Origin: Vicinamibacterales bacterium
Lineage (GTDB): Bacteria; Acidobacteriota; Vicinamibacteria; Vicinamibacterales; UBA2999
DNA: 64,000 nucleotides
Direction of reading: 5' to 3'
Assembly: GCA_050250875.1 (NCBI GenBank)
Contig: JBFWNV010000002.1
Span: 384,334-448,333, forward strand
Made by a program: the position numbers and the translations under genes. The notes beneath the pieces are model-generated. The model was not told the origin of the DNA. It saw only the letters and a program-made list of their open reading frames with translations, and did not search any database. Below, piece after piece: positions 43,654-51,182 of this stretch. The stretch's first letter is position 1; every line of letters starts with the position of its first letter.

Positions 43654-46188
43654 ATGAGACAGCTCCTGGTGGCGGCGGCGGGCGTCGCAGTGCTCTCCTA
43701 CGGCGTCGCGGCGAACCGCGGTCAGGCGCCAACGGCCGCCCCGGCAGCGCTGCGTCCTGCCGCTCAGACCCTGGCCCAGGCCCCCGCCCGTCCGACGCCG
43801 GCGGGCAGCCCGGCAGCACGGCCGGCGATGGTCGCCGCCGAACAGACCCGCCTCGTCACCACCTACTGCGGCACCTGCCACAGCGAGCGTGGCAAGGCCG
43901 GCGGACTGTCATTGGCCAGCTTCGACGCCATGAAGGCGCACGAGCAGCCGGCGGTCATCGAGAAGATGATCCGCAAGCTGCGCGCCGGGATGATGCCGCC
44001 GCCGGGCGCGAAGCGACCCGCGGCCGCCGAGATCGACCAGCTCGCCGGCGCCCTCGAGGCGCGCATGGACGAGTTCGCGGCCAGCAACCCCAACCCGGGC
44101 TGGCGGCCGTTCCAGCGTTTGACGCGCTCCGAGTACTCGCAGGCCGTCAAGGACCTGCTCGATCTCGAGGTCGACATCACCTCCTACCTGCCGGCCGACA
44201 CCCAGGCGCACGGCTTCGACAACATTGCCGAGGCGCAGAGCTTCAGCCCGGCGCTGCTCGACGGCTATCTCCGCGCCGCCTCGCAGGTGAGCCGGCTGGC
44301 GCTGGGCGACAAGCAGGCGTCACCGACCTCGGCGACCTACCGCGTGCTGCAGGTCGAGTCGCAGATGCAGTACGTCGAGGGCACGCCGCTCGGCTCGCGC
44401 GGCGGGCTGGCCGTCGTCCACACCTTCCCGGCCGACGGCGACTACAAGTTCACGGCGCTGCTGCAGCGGACGATCAGCGGCGAGCTGTTCGGCAACACCG
44501 GCATCTTCATGGCCGGCAGCGACGAGCTGCTCGAGATCTCGATCGACGGCGAGCGCGCCGCGGTGCTCGAGGTCAAGGCGAGCATGAGCGACGCCTTCGA
44601 GCGCGGCTTCGAGATCGACAGCCCGGTGATCCACGTCAAGGCCGGCCCGCAGCGCATCGCCGCGGCGTTCGTGCCGCGCTCGGTCGGCCCGGTGGACGAC
44701 CTGATGATGCCGATCGACCACACGCTGGTCGACATGCGCATCGGCACCGGCTTCGGCATCACCTCGCTGCCGCACATCCAGGACCTGGTGATCTCGGGGC
44801 CGATGAAGGTCACCGGCATCTCCGACACGCCGAGCCGGCGCAAGGTCTTCGCCTGCCGGCCGACGGCCGCCGAGGAAGAGCGCGGCTGCGCCACCGACAC
44901 GGTGCGCCGCCTCGCCACCCAGGCGTTCCGCGGCCCGGTCAACGCCGCCGACCTGGCCGACCTGATGAAGTTCTACGACCAGGGCCGCCGGGACGGCGAC
45001 TTCGAGAACGGCATCCGTCTGGCGCTGCAGGGCATCCTGGCCAACCCGCGCTTCCTGTTCCGCGTCGAGGAGCAGCCCGACGTGCCCGCCGGCAGCATCT
45101 ACCGCATCGGCGACCTGGAACTGGCGTCGCGACTGTCGTTCCTCCTGTGGGGCACGGTGCCCGACGCCGACCTGATCAAGGCGGCGACGTCGGGCGGCCT
45201 GAAGACGACCGCCGGGCTCGAGCGCCAGGTGCGGCGCATGCTGGCCGACCCGAAGGCCGAGGCGCTGGCGACCCGCTTCGGCGCGCAGTGGCTGCGCCTG
45301 CAGGACGTCGAGAAGGTGCGGCCCGACGGCATCCTCTTCCCGCAGTGGGACCAGTCGCTCACCGAGGCGATGCGCAAGGAGACCGAACTGTTCTTCGCCA
45401 GCCTGGTGCGCGAAGACCGCAGCCTGCTCGACCTGATCAACGCCGACTACACCTACGTGAACGAGCGCCTCGCCCGCCACTACGGCTTCCCCAACGTGAC
45501 CGGGCCGGAGTTCCGGCGCGTGGCGCTGCCGCCGACCAGGCGCGGCGTGCTCACGCAGGGCAGCATCCTGATGATGACGTCGGTCGCCGACCGCACCTCG
45601 CCGGTGCAGCGCGGCAAATGGGTGATGCAGGTGATGCTCGGATCGCCGCCGCCGCCGCCGCCGCCGAACGTGCCGGCGCTCGAAGAGACCGGCGGCTCGA
45701 GAGACGGCCGCGTGCTCTCGGTGCGCGAGCGCATGGAGGAGCACCGCAAGAACCCGGCCTGCACGTCGTGCCACCGCGTCATCGACCCGCTCGGCCTGGC
45801 GCTCGAGCACTTCGACGTCACCGGCCAGTACCGCATCAAGGACAACGGCGTGCCGATCGACGCCGTCGGCACGCTCTACGACGGCAGCGAGATGAACGGC
45901 GCCGACGGCCTGCGCCAGGCGCTGCTCAAGTACAAGGACGCGATGCTCGCCAGCTTCACCGAAAGCCTGATGACCTACGCCCTGGGGCGCCACGTCGAGG
46001 CCTACGACATGCCGACGGTGCGCGGGATCCAGCGCGACGCCGCCCGCCACGACCACAAGCTGTCCGCCTACGTGCTCGGCGTGGTGAAGAGCCAGCCGTT
46101 CCGCATGATGACCCGCCCGGCCCAGACCGACACGACGGCGCCGGTCGCCGCCGCCCCGATCAACCCGGTCAACCAGATCAACCGATAG
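43654..46188 (+). CDS. DUF1592/DUF1595/DUF1587/DUF1588/DUF1585-type protein with CxxCH haem-c motifs (Planctomycete-cytochrome-like)
   Basis: ATG 43654 after GAGGTGG. Signal peptide MRQLLVAAAGVAVLSYGVAA. YCGTCHSERGKAGGLSL and PACTSCHRVIDPLGLALEHFD are CxxCH motifs typical of the family. Confidence 0.8.
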   Translation: MRQLLVAAAGVAVLSYGVAANRGQAPTAAPAALRPAAQTLAQAPARPTPAGSPAARPAMVAAEQTRLVTTYCGTCHSERGKAGGLSLASFDAMKAHEQPAVIEKMIRKLRAGMMPPPGAKRPAAAEIDQLAGALEARMDEFAASNPNPGWRPFQRLTRSEYSQAVKDLLDLEVDITSYLPADTQAHGFDNIAEAQSFSPALLDGYLRAASQVSRLALGDKQASPTSATYRVLQVESQMQYVEGTPLGSRGGLAVVHTFPADGDYKFTALLQRTISGELFGNTGIFMAGSDELLEISIDGERAAVLEVKASMSDAFERGFEIDSPVIHVKAGPQRIAAAFVPRSVGPVDDLMMPIDHTLVDMRIGTGFGITSLPHIQDLVISGPMKVTGISDTPSRRKVFACRPTAAEEERGCATDTVRRLATQAFRGPVNAADLADLMKFYDQGRRDGDFENGIRLALQGILANPRFLFRVEEQPDVPAGSIYRIGDLELASRLSFLLWGTVPDADLIKAATSGGLKTTAGLERQVRRMLADPKAEALATRFGAQWLRLQDVEKVRPDGILFPQWDQSLTEAMRKETELFFASLVREDRSLLDLINADYTYVNERLARHYGFPNVTGPEFRRVALPPTRRGVLTQGSILMMTSVADRTSPVQRGKWVMQVMLGSPPPPPPPNVPALEETGGSRDGRVLSVRERMEEHRKNPACTSCHRVIDPLGLALEHFDVTGQYRIKDNGVPIDAVGTLYDGSEMNGADGLRQALLKYKDAMLASFTESLMTYALGRHVEAYDMPTVRGIQRDAARHDHKLSAYVLGVVKSQPFRMMTRPAQTDTTAPVAAAPINPVNQINR

Positions 46189-46250
46189 ATCTCCAGATCA
46201 ACAGATTCCGTACCGATCAACCGATCACGAGATCAACCGATCACGAGATA
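46158..46250. repeat. GATC-dense tract (8 sites in about 93 bp) including a perfect 16-nt tandem duplication GATCAACCGATCACGA x2 (46215-46246)
   Basis: Read directly from the sequence. It spans the last codons of the DUF1592 gene and the whole spacer before the DUF1552 gene. Confidence 0.8.
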
Positions 46251-46264
46251 ACAGGACGCCCGCC

Positions 46265-47674
46265 ATGCTCATCACCAGGAAGAACCTCTCCCGCCGCACC
46301 GTCCTGAAGGGGATCGGCGTCACCGCGGCCCTGCCGCTGCTCGAGGCGATGGTGCCGGCGGGTACGGCGCACGCCAGGACCGCCGCGACCGGCAAGGTGC
46401 GGCTGGCCTGCATCGAGATGGTGCACGGCGCCGCCGGCAGCACCGCCTACGGCATGAAGACGAACATGTGGTCGCCGGCGGCGACCGGCCGCGCCTTCGA
46501 CCTGGCGCCCGGCGCGCTGCAGCCGCTCGAGTCGGTGCGCCAGCACCTGACCATCGTCAGCAACACCGACCTGCGTCAGGCCGAGGCGTTCACGACGCCG
46601 GAGATCGGCGGCGACCACTTCCGCGCCAGCGCGGTGTTCCTCACCCAGGCGCACCCGAAGCAGACGATGGGCTCCGACGTCCGCGCCGGCATCTCCATCG
46701 ATCAGCTCTACGCCCAGCGCTTCGGCCAGGACACGCCGATTCCCTCGATGCAGCTGTGCATCGAGCCGGTCGACCAGGCCGGCGGCTGCGAGTACAACTA
46801 CTCCTGCGTCTACACCGACTCGATCAGCTGGAGCGACCCCGCGACGCCGTTGCCGATGATCCGCGATCCGCGCACGGTGTTCGACCAGCTGTTCGGCGTC
46901 GGCGCCACCGCCGAGGAGCGCGCTGCCCGCCGCAGGGAGGATCGCAGCATCCTCGACTCGCTGATGGGGTCGGTGGGCCGGCTCAAGACCCAGCTCGGCG
47001 CCGCCGACCGCGCCCGTCTCGACGACTACCTCGACGACGTCCGCGAGATCGAGCGGCGGATCCAGAAGGTCGAGGAGTTCAACTCGAGCGGCGAGGCCCG
47101 CGAACTGCCCGGCGCGCCGATCGGCGTGCCCGACTCCTACGAGGAGCACGTCAAGCTGATGTTCGACCTGCAGGCGCTGGCCTTCGGCAACGACATCACC
47201 CGCGTGTTCGCCTTCAAGATGTCGCGCGACGTGTCGGGCCGCGTCTTCCCGGCCACCGGCGTCACCACCGGCTTCCACAACGCCAGCCACCACAACGCCC
47301 GCGAAGACCGCATCCGCGACTTCAACAAGATCAACAAGTACCACGTCAGCCTGCTGCCGCACTTCATCGAGAAACTGAAGACGATGCCCGAGGGCGACGG
47401 CACGGTGCTCGACAACACCGTCGTGATGTACGGCTCGCCAATGGGCGATCCGAACGTCCACAACCACAAGCGCTGCCCGCTGCTCTTCTTCGGCCACGGC
47501 GGCGGCGCGATCAAGGGCGGCCTGCACATCAAGGCCGCCGACGGCACGCCGATGGCCAACAGCTTCGTCGACCTGCTGCACAAGATCGGCCTCGACGACG
47601 TCAAGGCCTTCGGCGACAGCAGCGGCACGCTCGACTTGAACGCCGTGCAGGACACGACGGCGGCGGCGCAGTAA
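46265..47674 (+). CDS. DUF1552 domain protein with Tat-type signal
   Basis: MLITRKNLSRRTVLKGIGVTAALPLLEAM is the hallmark DUF1552 N-terminus. Immediately downstream of the DUF1592 gene, its usual partner. Confidence 0.85.
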   Translation: MLITRKNLSRRTVLKGIGVTAALPLLEAMVPAGTAHARTAATGKVRLACIEMVHGAAGSTAYGMKTNMWSPAATGRAFDLAPGALQPLESVRQHLTIVSNTDLRQAEAFTTPEIGGDHFRASAVFLTQAHPKQTMGSDVRAGISIDQLYAQRFGQDTPIPSMQLCIEPVDQAGGCEYNYSCVYTDSISWSDPATPLPMIRDPRTVFDQLFGVGATAEERAARRREDRSILDSLMGSVGRLKTQLGAADRARLDDYLDDVREIERRIQKVEEFNSSGEARELPGAPIGVPDSYEEHVKLMFDLQALAFGNDITRVFAFKMSRDVSGRVFPATGVTTGFHNASHHNAREDRIRDFNKINKYHVSLLPHFIEKLKTMPEGDGTVLDNTVVMYGSPMGDPNVHNHKRCPLLFFGHGGGAIKGGLHIKAADGTPMANSFVDLLHKIGLDDVKAFGDSSGTLDLNAVQDTTAAAQ

Positions 47675-47688
47675 GGGAGACCCGGGCC

Positions 47689-49413
47689 ATGCGACGACGG
47701 ATTCTCGGCGGGATGTTCGCGGCGGTGCTGGGCGCCCTCGCGCTGACGACCACGCTCGGCGCGGTCGAGGGCACGGTGGCCGACGCGGCCATGAAGGGTG
47801 ACGTGGCCACGGTGCGGGCGCTGCTCAAGGACGGCGCCGACGTCAACGCCGTGCAGGGCGACGGCGTGACCGGCCTGCACTGGGCGGCACGCCAGGGTGC
47901 CGAGGAGCTGGCCAGCACGCTCATCGTCGCCGGCGCCAACGTCAAGGCGACGACGCGTTTCGGCGCGATCACGCCGCTGCACCTGGCCGCCGAGCGCGGC
48001 GCGGCGGCCGTGGTGTCGCTGCTCGTCAAGAGCGGCGCCGACGTCAACGCCCGCACCAGCACCGGGGCGACGCCGCTGATGTTCGCCGCGGCCTCGGGCG
48101 ACACCGCCGCCATCACCGCCCTGCTCGACGGTGGCGCCGACCTGGAGGCCAAGGAACGCGGCCGCGAGCAGACGCCGCTCATCTTCGCCGCCGCCGCCAA
48201 CCGCGTCGACGCCGTGAAACTGCTGCTCGCCCGCGGCGCCGACAAGAACGCGATGACCAGGGTGACCGACCTGATGGCGCTCAGCGCCAACGGCGAGAAC
48301 CCCGACGGCCGCAACCTCGCCGCCAAGCCCGAGACCGCCGGCGGCGGGGCCGCGCGCGGGGCCGCGTCGCGGCGCACCGGCAGCAGCCGGCCCCGCCAGC
48401 CGGGCCTCGAGCGCGGCTATCTGATCAACGAGCAGGTGCACACGCAGGGGGGCATGACGCCGCTGCTCTACGCGGCGCGCCAGGGGTTCGCCGACGTCGC
48501 CGTCGCGCTGCTCGACGCCGGGGTCAGCGTGAACCAGCTCAAGGGTGGCGACCGCGTGTCGGCGCTGCTCACCGCCACCATCAACGGCCACTTCGATCTG
48601 GGGGCGCTGCTGCTCGACCGGGGCGCCGATCCCGACCTCTACGCCGAGAACGGCGTCGGGCCGCTCTACGCCGCCATCAACCTGATGTGGGCGCCGCGCG
48701 CCGGCTACCCGCAGCCGCGCGCCCACCTCAACCAGCGCATCGGCTACCTCGAGTACATGAAGAAGCTGCTCGACAAGGGTGCCGACCCGAACGCCCGCGT
48801 CAACAAGAAGGTCTGGTACACGAGCCACAACTTCGACCTGTCGGGCATCGAAGAGACCGGGTCGACCGCGTTCTGGCGCGCCGCCTACGCGGCCGATGTC
48901 GAGGCGATGAAGCTGCTGATGTCGTACGGCGCCGACCCGCACATTCCGACGGCGAAGCCGCCGGAGCGCGGCGAGTTCGGCGACGCCGGGCGCCGCGAGA
49001 TCGTCGACGTATCGGGTGTGCCGCCGGTGCCGCTGGCCGGCCCCGGCATTCCGCCGCTGCTGGCCGCCGCCGGCGCCGGGTACGGCGAAGGGTTCGCCGG
49101 CAACTCGCACCGCTTCGCTCCAGGCGGCATGCTGGCCGGCGTGAAGTTCCTCGTCGAGGTGGCTGGCGCCGACGTCAACGCCCGCGACCACGAGGGCAAC
49201 TCGGCGCTGCACCACGCCGCGGCGCGCGGCGACCTCGAGATGGTGAAGTACCTGGTGGAGAAAGGGGCCGATCCGCTGGTGGTCAACCGCGAAGGCCAGT
49301 CCACCGCCGACATGGCCAACGGCCCGGTGCAGCGCATTCAGCCGTGGCCCGAAACGCTCAAGTTCCTCGAGAGTCTCGGCGCCAGGAACAACCACAAGTG
49401 CCTGTCGTGCTGA
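47689..49413 (+). CDS. Secreted ankyrin-repeat protein
   Basis: ATG 47689 after AGGGAGA. Signal peptide MRRRILGGMFAAVLGALALTTTLGA. Multiple ANK repeats (GVTGLHWAARQGAEELASTLIVAGANVKA, ITPLHLAAERGAAAVVSLLVKSGADVNA, NSALHHAAARGDLEMVKYLVEKGADP). Confidence 0.85.
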   Translation: MRRRILGGMFAAVLGALALTTTLGAVEGTVADAAMKGDVATVRALLKDGADVNAVQGDGVTGLHWAARQGAEELASTLIVAGANVKATTRFGAITPLHLAAERGAAAVVSLLVKSGADVNARTSTGATPLMFAAASGDTAAITALLDGGADLEAKERGREQTPLIFAAAANRVDAVKLLLARGADKNAMTRVTDLMALSANGENPDGRNLAAKPETAGGGAARGAASRRTGSSRPRQPGLERGYLINEQVHTQGGMTPLLYAARQGFADVAVALLDAGVSVNQLKGGDRVSALLTATINGHFDLGALLLDRGADPDLYAENGVGPLYAAINLMWAPRAGYPQPRAHLNQRIGYLEYMKKLLDKGADPNARVNKKVWYTSHNFDLSGIEETGSTAFWRAAYAADVEAMKLLMSYGADPHIPTAKPPERGEFGDAGRREIVDVSGVPPVPLAGPGIPPLLAAAGAGYGEGFAGNSHRFAPGGMLAGVKFLVEVAGADVNARDHEGNSALHHAAARGDLEMVKYLVEKGADPLVVNREGQSTADMANGPVQRIQPWPETLKFLESLGARNNHKCLSC

Positions 49414-49422
49414 GCGCGGCAG

Positions 49423-49442
49423 GGCCGAGCTGAAGCTCGGCC
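49423..49442 (+). terminator. Hairpin GGCCGAGC-TGAA-GCTCGGCC
   Basis: Perfect 8-bp stem 10 nt after the ankyrin gene stop. No U-tract. Confidence 0.45.
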
Positions 49443-49456
49443 GTGCGAGGGTGGTG

Positions 49457-49484
49457 ACGGGCGGCGGGGCAACCCGCCGCCCGT
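49457..49484 (+). terminator. Hairpin ACGGGCGGCGGG-GCAA-CCCGCCGCCCGT
   Basis: Perfect 12-bp GC stem with a GNRA-like loop, followed by a single T. Confidence 0.45.
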
Positions 49485-49560
49485 TGCACGTACGGCGGCG
49501 CCGGCGACCGCGGCGTCACCCGTCACCCCAGTTCCCCGTGTCCCGGCCCCTGGTCCCGGG

Positions 49561-49588
49561 GCCCCGAGCCCCGAGCCCCGAGCCCCGG
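49561..49588. repeat. Heptamer tandem array (GCCCCGA)x3 + GCCCCGG
   Basis: Read directly from the sequence. Its exact reverse complement (TCGGGGC)x3 occurs at 51587-51607. Confidence 0.85.
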
Positions 49589-49858
49589 CGGCTCTGTTTC
49601 AGATCGCATCAGATCGCCGGATCCGCGCGCGCAATAATTGCCCACGGCCCGGCTGGCATTCGGCAGTTTCCGAAGAGCCGGACGGGGAATTGGCGGGAAA
49701 TGGCGGCAAGCCGATGCAGGGCACACCGTTTGCTGATGCTGACGGCGAGTCAGCCAACCTCCAAGGAGCAGCCCAGGATGAGCGCCTTTCTCCCGTCGGC
49801 CGGTCCCTTGATGAGTGCCCCCAGCACCAAGGTGGTCTGGACCTAGCCTCTCCCTCGC

Positions 49859-49881
49859 GCGACGGGGCCGCGCCCCGTCGC
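49859..49881 (-). terminator. Hairpin GCGACGGGGC-cgc-GCCCCGTCGC downstream of the minus-strand hydrolase gene
   Basis: Perfect 10-bp stem 23 nt beyond stop 49904. No U-tract. Confidence 0.4.
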
Positions 49882-49903
49882 CGTCCGTCGTCCACCCTTC
49901 GTC

Positions 49904-51112
49904 TCAGCGCGCGCTCGACATCGGTCGGATCGCCGCCACCACCCGCTTCACGAACTCGGCTTCGTTACCGGCGTGCCAGCGCCACACCACGACCAGGTCG
50001 TGGTCGGGCGAGATGGTGATGGTGTTGCTGCCGGCGCCGCGCGCGCCGTAGACGTTGGTGGGCAGGCCCGGGTAGTTCTTGGCCTGCGTGTTCAGCCACC
50101 ACAGGTAGCCGTAATCGGGGCCGTGCTGACTGGGCGCGATCGCCGCCTTCACGTAGGCCGGCGGCACGATCTGCCGGTCGCCCCACTTGCCGCCGCGCAG
50201 CCAGAGGTAGCCGAAGCGGGCCATGTCCTGGGCGTTGATCCACACGCCGCCGCCCCACCGCGTGCCGCCGCTCACCGAGGCGAGTCGCTTGCCGTCCACG
50301 TCCACGAAGCTGTTGTGGTACGGGATCCAGCGCCAGGTGTTCGACGCGCCGATCGGGTCCATCACCTCGCGGCGGAAGACATCGGGCACCGACTCCTTGA
50401 AGGTGCGCATCAGAGACAGGCCGAGCCGGTTGATGCGGACGTCGTTGTATTCGTAGTAGGTCCCTGGACGCCGCAGCTCACGCGGCTTGCGCTCGCCCTC
50501 GCCGAACGCCTCTTTGCCGACGAAGTCGTCCTTCTTGCCGAACATCGTCCCTTCCCATTCGGTCTCCTGCTGCAGGTGCATCTTCCAGGTGACCAGGGCG
50601 TTGCGCGGCGAGTCGTAGCCGCCGTCCTTGACGGTGCGCCCCACCGGCTCCTCGAGATTGGCGATCTTGCCGTCGCGCACGGCGATGCCGGCGACGGTGG
50701 CCATCATGCTCTTGGCCACCGAGTAGGTTGGATCGGTCCAGCTGGTGTCGCCGAACTCGGCGACGACGTAGCCCTTGTAGATGACCAGGCCGTTGGTCCG
50801 GGTGCGGATGTTGGGCACCGAGCCGAGCATCGAGCCGAAGATGCGTTCCTGGTCGCTGAAATCCATCGCCCGTGTCGATTCGCGCGACTGCGCGAACTGC
50901 ACCGCGGCGTCGAGGGCCGCCTGGTCCATGCCCAGCTCGGCGGCCGACTTCTTCGCCCAGCTGCCGGCCGGCGGGTAGTAGACCGCGGTGGCCGCCGCCT
51001 GCTCCGCGGCCAGCGGCGCGACGAGGGCGGAACCGCGATCCAGGGCGACGAGCGACGAACCAACGAGGGCCAGCGCGGCGACGAGCGAGGTGCGGCGAAG
51101 GGTCATGGACAA
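49904..51112 (-). CDS. Serine hydrolase, beta-lactamase/transpeptidase fold (S12-like), secreted
   Basis: Signal peptide MSMTLRRTSLVAALALVGSSLVA. SxxK (YSVAKS) and YxN (YEYNDV) motifs. Confidence 0.75.
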   Translation of the reverse strand: MSMTLRRTSLVAALALVGSSLVALDRGSALVAPLAAEQAAATAVYYPPAGSWAKKSAAELGMDQAALDAAVQFAQSRESTRAMDFSDQERIFGSMLGSVPNIRTRTNGLVIYKGYVVAEFGDTSWTDPTYSVAKSMMATVAGIAVRDGKIANLEEPVGRTVKDGGYDSPRNALVTWKMHLQQETEWEGTMFGKKDDFVGKEAFGEGERKPRELRRPGTYYEYNDVRINRLGLSLMRTFKESVPDVFRREVMDPIGASNTWRWIPYHNSFVDVDGKRLASVSGGTRWGGGVWINAQDMARFGYLWLRGGKWGDRQIVPPAYVKAAIAPSQHGPDYGYLWWLNTQAKNYPGLPTNVYGARGAGSNTITISPDHDLVVVWRWHAGNEAEFVKRVVAAIRPMSSAR

Positions 51113-51182
51113 GGTCTCCCGGCGCGGCGAGCCCGCGCGATCCGCCCTACTCTACACCTGCGCCGGCTCCGAGAGCGCCGTC

